64,000 nucleotides of DNA from an uncultured Chloroflexia bacterium (GTDB lineage Bacteria; Chloroflexota; Limnocylindria; QHBO01), in the NCBI GenBank assembly GCA_963704115.1, contig CAVPGY010000001.1, positions 190,075-254,074 of the forward strand, given 5' to 3'. Below, in pieces: positions 20,446 through 30,438 of this stretch (positions are counted from its first letter, which is position 1; the number at the start of each line of letters is the position of its first letter). The notes under the pieces are model-generated. The model was not told the DNA's origin, searched no databases, and worked only from the letters and a program-made list of their open reading frames with translations. Position numbers and translations under genes: made by a program.

Positions 20446-21810
20446 TCAGCCGATGCGTATCAGCTTCTTGTTCGTGAACTCGTCGGCACCCAGGCGGCCC
20501 ATCTCGCGGCCAGTGCCCGAGCGCTTGACGCCGCCGAACGGCAGCTCCGCACCGTCGGCGAGCACGACGTTCACGAACACCATGCCGGCCTCGATGGCGT
20601 CGGCGACGCGGAGCGCCTGGTCCGGATCGGTCGAGTAGACGTACGAGCCCAGGCCGTACGGGATGTCGTTCGCGATCCGCACCGCATCGGCCTCGTCCCT
20701 GGCGCGGTACACCTGCGCGACCGGGCCGAAGAACTCCTCCTTGGAGGCCGGGTTGTCGGGCGTGACATCGGTCAGCACGGTCGTCGGGAAGAACGCTCCG
20801 TCGCGCGTGCCTCCATGGACCAGCCGGGCACCGTGATCGATCGCGCGCTTGACCTGCTCGTCGAGACGCTCGGCGGCCTCCAGCGATGACAGCGGGCCGA
20901 GCGCGGCGTCCGCCGACGTCGGGTCGGCCGCCTCGACCTCGGCGAGCTTCGCGGTGAACGTCTCGAGGAACGGCTCGTACAGCTCGTCGGCGATGACGAA
21001 GCGCTTGGCCGCGTTGCAGCTCTGGCCACTGTTGTCGAGGCGGGCGTCGACCGCGGCCTGGGCCGCTGCGTCGAGGTCGTTCGTGGAGAGGAGGATGAAG
21101 GGGTCCGAGCCCCCGAGCTCGAGCACGACCTTCTTCAGGTGGCGACCGGCGATCTCCGCGACCTGGGACCCGGCCCGTTCCGATCCGGTGAGCGAGACGC
21201 CCTGCACGCGGGGGTCCGCAATGATGCGCTCGATCTGGTGGTGCGCGGCGTAGAGGTTGACGTACGCGCCGGCCGGGAAGCCCGCATCGCGGAAGATCTG
21301 CTCCATCGCGGCGGCCGACTCGGGGCACTGGCCGGCGTGCTTCAACAGGATCGTGTTGCCGATGATGAGGTTCGGGCCGGCGAAGCGGGCGACCTGGTAG
21401 TAGGGGAAGTTCCACGGCATGATGCCGAGCAGGACCCCGACCGACGAGCGGCGGATGACCGCCGAGCCCTCGCCGGCAAGCAGCTCGATCGGCTCGTCCT
21501 TGAGGAAGCCAGGCGAGTGGTCGGCGTAGTACCCGTAGATGTCGGCCGCGAAGTCGACCTCGGAGAGTGACTGGGCAATCGGCTTGCCCATCTCGCGCAC
21601 GATGATCTCCGCCAGCTCCTGGCGGCGCTCACGGTGGAGCTCGGCGACCCGGCGGATGAGGCCCGCGCGCTCGTCGACCATGGTGGCCTTCGCCCAGGTC
21701 CGGTGCGCTTCGTCGGCCGCGGCGATCGCGGCCTCGAGCTCGGCATCGGTGATGGTGTCGAAGGTCTTGACCGTCTCGCCGGTGGCGGGATTGGTCACGG
21801 CATAGCCCAT
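20446..21810 (-). CDS. gabD: NAD(P)-dependent succinate-semialdehyde dehydrogenase
   Basis: NPATGE, IMPWNFPYYQ, ELGGSDPF, GQSCNAAKRF, PFGGVKRSG; AAGGAG RBS. Confidence 0.85.
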   Translation of the reverse strand: MGYAVTNPATGETVKTFDTITDAELEAAIAAADEAHRTWAKATMVDERAGLIRRVAELHRERRQELAEIIVREMGKPIAQSLSEVDFAADIYGYYADHSPGFLKDEPIELLAGEGSAVIRRSSVGVLLGIMPWNFPYYQVARFAGPNLIIGNTILLKHAGQCPESAAAMEQIFRDAGFPAGAYVNLYAAHHQIERIIADPRVQGVSLTGSERAGSQVAEIAGRHLKKVVLELGGSDPFILLSTNDLDAAAQAAVDARLDNSGQSCNAAKRFVIADELYEPFLETFTAKLAEVEAADPTSADAALGPLSSLEAAERLDEQVKRAIDHGARLVHGGTRDGAFFPTTVLTDVTPDNPASKEEFFGPVAQVYRARDEADAVRIANDIPYGLGSYVYSTDPDQALRVADAIEAGMVFVNVVLADGAELPFGGVKRSGTGREMGRLGADEFTNKKLIRIG

Positions 21811-22041
21811 CGTGTGAATCTCCTTCGGGGTGCCGATATTCGGCTCTGGTTCGGACCTCGGAAGTTGCACCTGGACGGGGTGCGGCGCTAGCGATACGCG
21901 CGATTCTACCCCCGCGCACCATGGAATCCATCGGCAACTCGGGTTTCGTTGCCGGATTCCGCGGCGAGCCCCGGGCTGCGCCGGACCCCGCACCTCACCG
22001 CAGTCCGTCAGGCGGTGACACGCCCGCCGCGATCGACTGAG

Positions 22042-22605
22042 TCAGCCGCGCACGGCGCGGAATCCGCCGTCGGCGACACGGGCCATCACGAAGAGCAGGT
22101 CGGCGAGCCGATTGAGATATGGGACGACACGCGACTCCGGGAGACCGCCCGCGGCGGCCAGGGCGACGGAGCGCCGTTCGGCGCGGCGCACGGTCGTGCG
22201 GGCCAGGTCGAGCGCGGCGCCGGTGGTCGACTCCCCGGGCAGGACGAACTCCTTCGGCTGCTCGACGGCCGCCTCCAGCTCGTCGATCTCGTGTTCCAGG
22301 GCCTCGATCATCCCGGGCGTGACGCGAGATGTCCCGTCGGTCAGCCGGTCCCGCCGCTCGACGTGGGTCGCCAGCTCGGCCCCGACCACGAACAGCTCGC
22401 GCTGGAGGCGGAGGCACAGGTCGGCGAGGCGCACCTCCGTGCGATCGGTCGCCGATCCGATGGAGGCGCGCGCCAGGCCCAGGGCCGAGACCGCCTCGTC
22501 GGTGGTGCCGTACGCATCGGTCCGGAGGTCGGCCTTGCTGATGCGATCGCCGCCGAAGAGCAGGCCGGTCGAGCCGTCGTCGCCCTTCTTCGTGTAGATC
22601 CGCAT
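22042..22605 (-). CDS. pduO: ATP:cob(I)alamin adenosyltransferase (PduO type)
   Basis: RIYTKKGDDG, AYGTTDE, FVLPG, ARTTVRRAER, YLNRLADLLF. Confidence 0.9.
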   Translation of the reverse strand: MRIYTKKGDDGSTGLLFGGDRISKADLRTDAYGTTDEAVSALGLARASIGSATDRTEVRLADLCLRLQRELFVVGAELATHVERRDRLTDGTSRVTPGMIEALEHEIDELEAAVEQPKEFVLPGESTTGAALDLARTTVRRAERRSVALAAAGGLPESRVVPYLNRLADLLFVMARVADGGFRAVRG

Positions 22606-22609
22606 CGGG

Positions 22610-22900
22610 CTAGAACAGGCCCGGAGGCGGCTCCCAGCGATCGGCGAGCAGCGTCACCTTGACGGGTGGACCCACGACCTCCTCGGCCTTGGTCTTCACG
22701 TTCTGGATGAGCTCGCCCGCCCAGGGGCAGAACGGCGTGGTCAGCACCATCTTGATCTCGGTCGGAGCGCCGTCCGCGCCGATCTCGACCGCCTTGATCA
22801 GGTCGAGGTCCACGATGCTCATGCCGATCTCCGGATCGAAGATATCGTAGAGCGCGGTCATCACCTCGTCGACCTTGGCGAGGTTCGAGTCGATCGTCAT
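22610..22900 (-). CDS. DUF59/SufT-like metal-sulfur cluster assembly factor
   Basis: DPEIGMSIVDLDLI and LTTPFCP motifs. Confidence 0.85.
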   Translation of the reverse strand: MTIDSNLAKVDEVMTALYDIFDPEIGMSIVDLDLIKAVEIGADGAPTEIKMVLTTPFCPWAGELIQNVKTKAEEVVGPPVKVTLLADRWEPPPGLF

Positions 22901-22949
22901 GGTCCAAGTGTACGCGCATGCCCCGGCGAGGTCATCCGGGTGGGGCGGG

Positions 22950-23675
22950 CTAGAGCAGTGCCCCGTCGAAATCCGGATGCGGCGCCGGGACGTGCGGGCG
23001 CACCCGGGTGTAGCCCTCGTGGATCGGGCGATCGGCTTCGATGGCCGCTCGAAGCGCGGCGATCTCGTCGGCAGTGTCGCCCTGGCTGGCGTGGGCCTCG
23101 AGCGCGGCGAGCTTGCGCGCCGCCACCGCAGTGACGTCGATCCGGTGCGTTGCCGACTGCTCCTCGACCGACAGGTCGTACAGGTTGCCGCCCGGATCGA
23201 AGACCGGGCTGATCACGTAGACGGCGTTCGGCGCGATGCCCGACTCGGCCAGCCGCTCGACCGCCCAGCGCGTTGCGCTGCCGACGACGACGTGGTCCGG
23301 GTGGCCGGTGACACCGTGCGGCCCGAAGGTGATGACCGCCTGCGGCCGGCGATCGGTCAGCCACGCGGCGATCTCCTCGATGAGCTGGTCGAACGGCTGG
23401 TCAGCGACGCCGCCATCGGCGTAGCCGTCGAGGAGGGAGACCTCGTCGAGCCCGATCTCCCTGGCGGCAGCGATCAGCTCCGCCTCCCGCCGATCGCCGA
23501 TCGATTGATCCGGCTCACCGTCCGCCGAGCCCGCCTCGCCGCGCGTCACGACCAGCAGCCGGGTGGTCGCCCCCGCGTCGTGCGCAAGAGCGAGCGCGCC
23601 CGCGCAGCCGAAGCTCTCGTCGTCGGGATGGGCCAGGACGGCCGCCAGGCCGCCCGCAGGAATCGGGTAGCTCAC
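22950..23675 (-). CDS. PIG-L family deacetylase (MshB/BshB-like)
   Basis: AHPDDE, TRGEAG, GHPDH, HASQ. Confidence 0.88.
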   Translation of the reverse strand: MSYPIPAGGLAAVLAHPDDESFGCAGALALAHDAGATTRLLVVTRGEAGSADGEPDQSIGDRREAELIAAAREIGLDEVSLLDGYADGGVADQPFDQLIEEIAAWLTDRRPQAVITFGPHGVTGHPDHVVVGSATRWAVERLAESGIAPNAVYVISPVFDPGGNLYDLSVEEQSATHRIDVTAVAARKLAALEAHASQGDTADEIAALRAAIEADRPIHEGYTRVRPHVPAPHPDFDGALL

Positions 23676-24043
23676 CGAGCCTCCTTGTGCGTCTCGTCGG
23701 GGTCGTCGGAGAGCAGGGTCCAGCCCTGTCGTTCGACGGCGGTCCTCATCGTACGCAGGACGGCCAGCTTCCCGCTGGCGACCTCCGCAATGAACCGATG
23801 CGTCGCAGCCTCGTCGAGCGCCGCGCCGGGTGGCGCACTCCCGCGACCCACGTTCAGCCATGCGAGGTGGTAGCGGTCCATGCGACCCCAGACCCGCTCG
23901 AGAAGCCGGTCGGAGTCGAGGAGCCAGTCACGGAACCGGTCCCATTCGGGTGCCGCGACGAGGGCATCGCCGGTGGCGACGAGCTCATCGGTCGCCGCGA
24001 GAAAGGCGGCGCGCGACATGACGGCGACGGGTCGGGAGTTCAC
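23672..24043 (-). CDS. Hypothetical all-helical protein (start GTG 24043 or ATG 24019)
   Basis: GC3-biased ORF, GTGA-coupled to the PIG-L gene, TATACT box just upstream. Confidence 0.6.
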   Translation of the reverse strand: MNSRPVAVMSRAAFLAATDELVATGDALVAAPEWDRFRDWLLDSDRLLERVWGRMDRYHLAWLNVGRGSAPPGAALDEAATHRFIAEVASGKLAVLRTMRTAVERQGWTLLSDDPDETHKEAR

Positions 24044-24127
24044 GGCCCGCTGAGTATAGGATCGCCCGTCGACGCGCGGCGTTCGTACCATTGCCGCGTG
24101 CCGCCCACCCGCTCGACACTCGCTCGC

Positions 24128-25811
24128 ATGGAGCGATCGAGCGCGATCCGCGCCTCACGCACCACGCTCGGGCTGCTCGTCGCAGGCCCGCTGCTGGCGG
24201 TGCTCTTCGTGGCACGCGCGCTTCCGCCCGCCGACCTGGCCGGGGCCGGCCTGGCATGGGCACCCGATGCCCTCGCCGGGCTGCTGCTGGTGGTCGCCGC
24301 CGTCACCTCGCTCGCGTGGCTGGTCGCCGGACTGCGGAGCGGCCGCGTGTTCCAGCTCCTCACCGCCGGCGCCTCTGCCGCGATCGCCGGCGGCGCGCTG
24401 TCCCTGCTCGCCGACGCTGCGCACCTGGGGCTGCTGGGGGTGGCGGCAGTTGCGCTCGCCGGAGCCGGTGTCGCCGATCGGGCCGGCCTCACGCTCCGTG
24501 GTGGCCAGCTGCCGCGCGTCGCGACGGCCGTGGCCATCATCGGCCTGGCGGAACTCGCGGTGTTGGTCCAGCTGCTGCCCTTCATCGAGCGTGGCGCGTC
24601 GGTCGTTCACCCGGCCGTGGCGGGGGGCACCCTGGCAGTTGCCGTGGTGGCAGCACTCATCGGACTCGGCACACCCGTGGCGCCGATGGCGAGTGCCGTC
24701 CTGGTGGGCATCGCCGCGGCCTCGCTCGGGCGTGACGGGGACATCGAGAACGTCATCGGCCTGGTTGCCCTCATCGGATCGCAGCTGATCGGCATCGCGA
24801 CCTGGGCCGAGGCGACGGCCGACGGCGGCACGGACGGCGAGGCCGAGGACGACGAAAACCGGCTGCCGGAGCTCGCTGGCCGCCTCTCCGATGCAGTGCT
24901 GCGCTTCGACGGCCGGCTTCGGCTGCGGGATTGGAACGCCACGGCCACCGTGCTGCTCGGCCTGGACCAGGCGTCGGGCGGCGCCCGACTCGAGGATCTT
25001 CTCGGCGTTCGCATCGGCGAGCTCCCGCGCGACGACGGCTCGGTCGCGACAGCCACGGGCGTGGGCGGGCTCGCCGTCGGCCTGCAGCGCAGCGGAGGGG
25101 GCGTGACGGTCATCATCCGCGACCCCGCAGCTTCGCCGGAGAGCGAGCGACTCGGCCGCGAGCTGCGCGGCACGATCGAGGAGCTGCTCCAGGCACGCCG
25201 CACGATCGAACTCCAGCGCCAGGAGATCGAGCGCGCCGCCACGATCGATGCGCTCACCGGCGTCGCCAGCCGCGGCGCGATCATGGATCGTCTGCAGATC
25301 GAGGTGGGACAGGCGCGGCGCTACCTGCACCCGGTCGCCGTGACCATCATCGACATCGACGGATTCACCGAGCTCAACCGGACCCATGGCAGCGCCGGCG
25401 GCGATGCGATGCTCCGAGAGGTCGCGCTCCGGATACGGCTTCGCGTGCGGGAGGCCGATGAGCTTGGGCGCATCGGCAGCGATTCGCTTCCTCGCCGTCC
25501 TGCCGCACACCGAGGAGAGCGGCGCCGCCACCTTCGCGGACGCGATCCAGCACCGCCTCGCCCTGCGCCCGGTGGCGATCGGCGACACGGAGCTGCCCAT
25601 CACGGCCAGCATCGGTGTGGCCGTCATGCGAGCTGCCGAGGACCTGGACCTCGATGGGCTGCTCGCCCGGGCGACGGAGGCCCTGGCGAGCGCGAAGCGC
25701 GCCGGCGGCGCCCGGATCGCGGTCGACCGGCTCCACGGGCTCGCCAGGCTCGAGGATCGCCGATCTCCCGACGCGAACGCCGCCGACAACGCCGCCGACG
25801 TCGACCGCTGA
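24128..25811 (+). CDS. Multi-TM, PAS-like, GGDEF-domain protein (degenerate active site), frameshift near 25487
   Basis: About 8 TM segments, WNATA PAS-like stretch, DALTGVASR, IDIDGFTELNRTHGSAGGD, READ I-site, GSD(S/R)F, ITASIGVA. Confidence 0.8.
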
Positions 25812-25842
25812 TCTCCGGGGCCCCTACCGGAGGGCGACCAAA

Positions 25843-25970
25843 GTTGTCCACCAGCCCGTCGTAGGACGTGGACAACGGTCCGCGCGTCGATCCGAGCGTG
25901 GAATCGGCGCGCGGGGCCGGCGATGACACTCGGTCTCGTAGGACATTGTCCTTTCGCGAGATGTGGATAA
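25843..25970. promoter_or_regulatory. Cluster of three DnaA-box-like nonamers
   Basis: TTGTCCACC (25844-25852), CGTGGACAA (25867-25875) and a perfect TGTGGATAA (25962-25970). Confidence 0.5.
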
Positions 25971-26011
25971 ACTGCACCATCACATCCCGCCACGAGTAGA
26001 GTCGGCTCCCC

Positions 26012-26953
26012 ATGCCAGCCACCTCGCCCGATCTCTCCGCCAAGCTGATCTTCCCGACCAGGGAGATCGTCGAGGAGTACTACCTCCCGATCATCTACAC
26101 CGCCTGCCGCACCTGCTACTCCGAGCAGGTCCCCGACCAGATCTGGGACAAGGCGGTGAGCCGCCAGGTCGCGGACGAGAAGCAGCAGAGCCTGGTGCGC
26201 AAGGTGATGGAGTCGGGCCACGGCTCGACGATCGAGCACGTCAACTTCACGTTCGCGATCAGCGGCGTCACCCGCACCCTCTCCCACCAGCTCGTGCGCC
26301 ATCGCGCAGGCACCGCGTTCGATCAGCAGTCCCAGCGCTACGTGAGCTTCAAGAAACGCGACAACTACACGATCCCCGACTCGATCACGAAGGGCGACCT
26401 GCCCGATGACCTGGCCGGGCGCTTCCAGCGCGCGATCGACGACAACCTGGATCTCTACGGCCAGCTGCTGCAGGCGGAGGTGCCCGCCGAGGACGCGCGG
26501 TTCATCTTCCCGAACGCGATGCAGACCAACCTGATCATGACGGTGAACCTGCGCCAGTTGATCCACATGTCCGGGCTGCGGCTGTGCACCATGGCGCAGT
26601 GGGAGATCCGGCAGCTCTTCAAGCAGATCCGGCACGAGATCTTCCGCGTCTCGCCGTTCTTCGGGAGCTTCCTGGCACCGAAGTGCGTTCCGCTCGGCTA
26701 CTGCGACGAGATGGGCAACCGCGACGAGCACTGCCGCATCCGTCCTCACCGCGACACGGTGATGGCCGTCTGGGAGGCTTATCGCGGCGGAGAGCTCGCC
26801 GAGACCGATGGACCGGTCGTGCGCGAGACGAGCCCATTCCGGCCGAGGCCGCGCCGCGTGCCGCTGCCGGTGGCCGACGGCGACGTTCGACCGAGCCACG
26901 GGGAGCCGGTGGGCGCGCAGCTCGGGCAGGCCGGGGACTCCGACCGGGTCTGA
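26012..26953 (+). CDS. thyX: FAD-dependent thymidylate synthase
   Basis: GHGSTIEH, HQLVRHR-X8-SQRY, EDARFIFP, NLRQL, AQWEIR. Confidence 0.93.
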   Translation: MPATSPDLSAKLIFPTREIVEEYYLPIIYTACRTCYSEQVPDQIWDKAVSRQVADEKQQSLVRKVMESGHGSTIEHVNFTFAISGVTRTLSHQLVRHRAGTAFDQQSQRYVSFKKRDNYTIPDSITKGDLPDDLAGRFQRAIDDNLDLYGQLLQAEVPAEDARFIFPNAMQTNLIMTVNLRQLIHMSGLRLCTMAQWEIRQLFKQIRHEIFRVSPFFGSFLAPKCVPLGYCDEMGNRDEHCRIRPHRDTVMAVWEAYRGGELAETDGPVVRETSPFRPRPRRVPLPVADGDVRPSHGEPVGAQLGQAGDSDRV

Positions 26954-26997
26954 CCGCGCTACCCTCGCGAGGTGCATGCGCTGATCGTGGCTGACCG

Positions 26998-28428
26998 ATG
27001 ACCCACGAGGGCCGGCGCCCGGGCGACCGTCGGGTGCGCGTCGAGCGCACGCAGCCGGAGCAGTTCACGGTGAAGAGCCCGAAGCCGCTGCGCCACGCGC
27101 CGCCGCCGGCGGTCTCGCTGCTCCTCCTGTTCGCCATCCTCATCACGGTCGGCACGTTCCTGCTGATGCTGCCGATCGCCTCCGCCAGCGGCGAGGGAAC
27201 GCGCTTCATCGACGCGCTCTTCACCGCGACCAGCGCATCGTGCGTGACGGGTCTCGTCGTGCTCGACACCGCGAACCACTGGAGCCCGTTCGGGCAGGTC
27301 GTGATCATGGTCCTGATCCAGCTCGGCGGCTTCGGGATCATGGCCGGCTCGACGCTGCTCCTCTTCCTCTTCCTGCGCCGCACCACCCTCCGTGACCGGG
27401 TCCTCGTCCAGGAGTCGCTCGGCGGGTTGCAACTCGGCAGCGTCACCACGCTGGTGAAGCGCATCGCGATCTTCACCCTGGTCTGCGAGCTCATCGGCGC
27501 CGTGATCCTGTCGATCGCCTTCATGGCGGGGCCGGAGGCGGGCCCGCGGTGGCACCCCATGGGCATCTGGTGGGGCATCTTCCACTCGATCTCGGCGTTC
27601 AACAACGCCGGATTCGACCTCACGGGCGGCTTCCAGTCCCTCATCCCGTTCCGCGACGACTGGGTGGTGCTGCTCACCCACGGCCTCCTCCTCGTGCTCG
27701 GCGGTCTCGGCTTCGCGATCGTCGGTGATGCGGTCGCGCGGCGCAGGTGGTCGCGGATGGCCCTCGAGACGAAGCTCGTCATCACCGCGACGATCGTGCT
27801 CCTTGTCGGCGGAACCGTGCTCATCGGGCTCATCGAGTGGACGAATCCGGCGACGCTCGGCGCGCTGCCGCCCGAGCAGCGCGTTCTGAACGCGTTCTTC
27901 GAGTCGGCGACGCTCCGGACCGCTGGCTTCACCGCGCTCGACACGGGCGCGCTGGTGGAGTCGACCCTCTTCGTGGTGATGGCCCTGATGTTCGTTGGCG
28001 GGGCGTCGGGCTCGACCGCCGGCGGCATCAAGGTCAACACGTTCGCGGTCCTGATCATCGCCATCATCTCGACGGTCAAGGGCGAGCCGTCGGCCACGGC
28101 CTTCGGGCGGCGGATCAAGCACGCGATCGTCTATCGCGCGCTGGCGGTGCTCATCCTCGCGATCGGCTTCGTCTTCCTCACCGGGCTGGGCCTGACGCTC
28201 ACGACCGACGCGACCTTCGTCCAGACGCTGTTCGAGGCGGTCTCCGCCTTCGGGACGGTCGGGGCCAGCACCGGCATCACGCCGGACCTCAGCGATCCGG
28301 CCCGGCTGATCACCTCGTTCGCGATGTTCGTCGGCCGTCTCGGCCCGCTGACGCTGGTGCTGGCGCTTGCGGCACGCGCCCATCCGGTGTCGTATCGTCC
28401 GGCGGTCGAGTCGGTCCGCATCGGCTAG
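26998..28428 (+). CDS. ktrB: Ktr/Trk potassium uptake membrane subunit
   Basis: Selectivity-filter glycines in SASCVTGL, SAFNNAGF, LRTAGF, SAFGTVG; GSTAGGIK; MFVGRLGP. Confidence 0.9.
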   Translation: MTHEGRRPGDRRVRVERTQPEQFTVKSPKPLRHAPPPAVSLLLLFAILITVGTFLLMLPIASASGEGTRFIDALFTATSASCVTGLVVLDTANHWSPFGQVVIMVLIQLGGFGIMAGSTLLLFLFLRRTTLRDRVLVQESLGGLQLGSVTTLVKRIAIFTLVCELIGAVILSIAFMAGPEAGPRWHPMGIWWGIFHSISAFNNAGFDLTGGFQSLIPFRDDWVVLLTHGLLLVLGGLGFAIVGDAVARRRWSRMALETKLVITATIVLLVGGTVLIGLIEWTNPATLGALPPEQRVLNAFFESATLRTAGFTALDTGALVESTLFVVMALMFVGGASGSTAGGIKVNTFAVLIIAIISTVKGEPSATAFGRRIKHAIVYRALAVLILAIGFVFLTGLGLTLTTDATFVQTLFEAVSAFGTVGASTGITPDLSDPARLITSFAMFVGRLGPLTLVLALAARAHPVSYRPAVESVRIG

Positions 28429-28455
28429 GCTCAACAGACAGCTTCGGAGGCACGC

Positions 28456-29106
28456 ATGGCCAAGGAACAGGTGATGGTGATCGGACTGGGTCGGTTCGGC
28501 TCAGCGGTCGCCCGCGAGCTCGAGCGGCTCGGTCACCAGGTGCTCGCCATCGACCGCGGAGAGCAGCAGGTCAACGACATCGCCGCCGACGTCACCCACG
28601 CGCTCCAGCTCGACGCTGCCGACGAGGATGCCCTGCGCTCCGCGGGCGCAGGCGACTTTCAGACGGCCATCGTCGCCATCAGCACCGATGCCGAGCCCTC
28701 GATCTTCGCGACCATGGTGCTCAAGCGGCTCGGCGTGCGAAGCGTGATCGCGAAGGCGGGCAGTCAGCTCCATGGCGAGATCCTGTCGCGGGTCGGCGCC
28801 GACCGGGTCGTTCTGCCCGAGCGGGAGACCGGCCTGCGGCTCGCCCACTCGTTCAACGTGCCGAACGTCATCGACTACCTGGACGTGGCGCCGAACTTCG
28901 GGATCGAGAAGATCCGTCCGCCCGCGTCGTTCATCGGCAAGTCGCTGGGCGAGCTCGACCTGAAGACCCGTCTCGGCCTCACGCCGATCGCGCTGCGACG
29001 CGGTCAGCAGGTCTTCGTGAATCCGGCCCGCGACGAGCGGGTGGCGGAGGGCGACGAGCTGATCCTCATCGGCCGTGACGACAAGCTGGACCAGCTCCGC
29101 GGCTGA
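28456..29106 (+). CDS. ktrA: Ktr/Trk potassium uptake RCK subunit
   Basis: IGLGRFG Rossmann motif, GADRVVLPERE, TrkA_C domain. Confidence 0.9.
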   Translation: MAKEQVMVIGLGRFGSAVARELERLGHQVLAIDRGEQQVNDIAADVTHALQLDAADEDALRSAGAGDFQTAIVAISTDAEPSIFATMVLKRLGVRSVIAKAGSQLHGEILSRVGADRVVLPERETGLRLAHSFNVPNVIDYLDVAPNFGIEKIRPPASFIGKSLGELDLKTRLGLTPIALRRGQQVFVNPARDERVAEGDELILIGRDDKLDQLRG

Positions 29107-29112
29107 CGTCCC

Positions 29113-29559
29113 TCAGTTGTCGGAGGTGACTCCGTCGCCGAGGGTGAACCGGCGGAGCTCCTCCTCACAGGCGTCGGAAAGGCGCCGTGCCTCGTTGACG
29201 AGGAAGGACGTCATCTTCGTCGAGTCGGTGATCAGGAGGGTGTGACCGCGCTCGTTGCGGTCGAGCACGACCCGGTCGTCGCCGTGGAAGCTGATCCCCC
29301 AGTTCGCCTGGAGCTGGACGATCTCGGCGAGGACGACCTTCTCGCTGAAGTACCAGTCGAGGAACTCGGCGTTCAGCGCAATCACCACGTCCCGCAGCTG
29401 GAGCGTCTCGTTCCGCCGCAGCCGCGACACGAAGTGGACGATGCGGAGCGCCGCGAACGGATCCCCGCTTCGGGCGAGCTGGGGCGGCGCCTGGTTCGGG
29501 TCGGGCATCCCGTCGGGCGCGGCTCCGACGAGCGGGGTGGCGGGCGGAGGATGGGTCAT
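29113..29559 (-). CDS. Hypothetical protein
   Basis: Coding-like ORF with a GATACT -10 box 8 nt before ATG; no known motif. Confidence 0.65.
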   Translation of the reverse strand: MTHPPPATPLVGAAPDGMPDPNQAPPQLARSGDPFAALRIVHFVSRLRRNETLQLRDVVIALNAEFLDWYFSEKVVLAEIVQLQANWGISFHGDDRVVLDRNERGHTLLITDSTKMTSFLVNEARRLSDACEEELRRFTLGDGVTSDN

Positions 29560-29593
29560 CGCCAGCGAGTATCGCGGCCGATGCCGGGCACGG

Positions 29594-29626
29594 CAAACGG
29601 GCCGCCGCCCGAAGGCGGCGGCCCGT
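29594..29626 (-). terminator. Intrinsic terminator after the DUF4397 gene
   Basis: 13-bp stem ACGGGCCGCCGCC-TTCG-GGCGGCGGCCCGT followed by TTG on the minus strand. Confidence 0.7.
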
Positions 29627-29646
29627 CGTTCAGATTCGCGGGAAGG

Positions 29647-30438
29647 CTAACGCTCGGTGCGCACGCCCAGGACCCGAATCGAGGTCAGGACGGCGAGCCC
29701 CAGCAGGGCGATCCCGGCCAGCAGGACCGGCGTGCCGGTCGCGGGCTGCGACATGGCGGTGTCCGGGCTCTCGGCCATTCCCTCGGCGTCGATCGCCGCG
29801 ATGACCTGGACGCCATCGGCGGCATCCATCGCGAAGGCGGTGTAGTTCGTGTTGGCCGCGAGGGTCACGTCGAACTCCAGCGCCGCGGCGGTGTCACCGG
29901 CCGCTCGGATCTCGAGCGGATAGTCGCCCGGGTCGAGGGTCAGGTAGCCGCTGGCCTCGGGATAGGCAAGGCCGGGGACGACCACGTCGCCGCCCTGGAC
30001 GGCGATGTCGACATCGGCCGGCGCGCTTGGCGACAGGTGGATGGCGCGAAGCTTCGCCTGGCCATCGGCCGTCGCGGTGTCGTCGGTGAAGACGGCGGCG
30101 GTGATGTCCGCGAGCAGGCCGTGCGCGGCGATCGTCGTCGCGGTGCCGGCGGCGAAGTCGAGGTCGGCCTCGATGACCGGGGTGGTGTCACCGGTGGCGG
30201 TCACCTGGATGTTGTAGGTGCCGGCCGGGAGCGAGAGGTAATCGCTCACCGCGGTGAAGGGGACATCGGTCAGGACGGTCTCGCCGTCGACCCAGACGTC
30301 CACGTTGGGAGCGTCGGGCGAGGCATGGACCACACGGACCATGGCCGTGTCATGAGAGTCGGCCGCGACCGGAACGGCCAGGGCGGCGACGAGTGCGGTG
30401 CCGGCGAGGATGCCGAGCAGCCGGGAAGTGCTACGCAT
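29647..30438 (-). CDS. Secreted DUF4397 protein with C-terminal sorting-signal-like anchor
   Basis: Signal peptide; VRVVHASPDAPNVDV and LRAIHLSPSAP repeats; SPDTA + TM helix + basic tail. Confidence 0.85.
   Translation of the reverse strand: MRSTSRLLGILAGTALVAALAVPVAADSHDTAMVRVVHASPDAPNVDVWVDGETVLTDVPFTAVSDYLSLPAGTYNIQVTATGDTTPVIEADLDFAAGTATTIAAHGLLADITAAVFTDDTATADGQAKLRAIHLSPSAPADVDIAVQGGDVVVPGLAYPEASGYLTLDPGDYPLEIRAAGDTAAALEFDVTLAANTNYTAFAMDAADGVQVIAAIDAEGMAESPDTAMSQPATGTPVLLAGIALLGLAVLTSIRVLGVRTER

Noticed and set aside
21923-21960. Hairpin GGAATCC..CGGCAAC/GTTGCCG..GATTCC as a novel RNA
   Set aside because: Adequately explained as a terminator-like hairpin downstream of pduO and upstream of the gabD promoter
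25843-25970. Chromosomal replication origin
   Set aside because: Only three boxes, no AT-rich unwinding element, no dnaA/dnaN/gidA context
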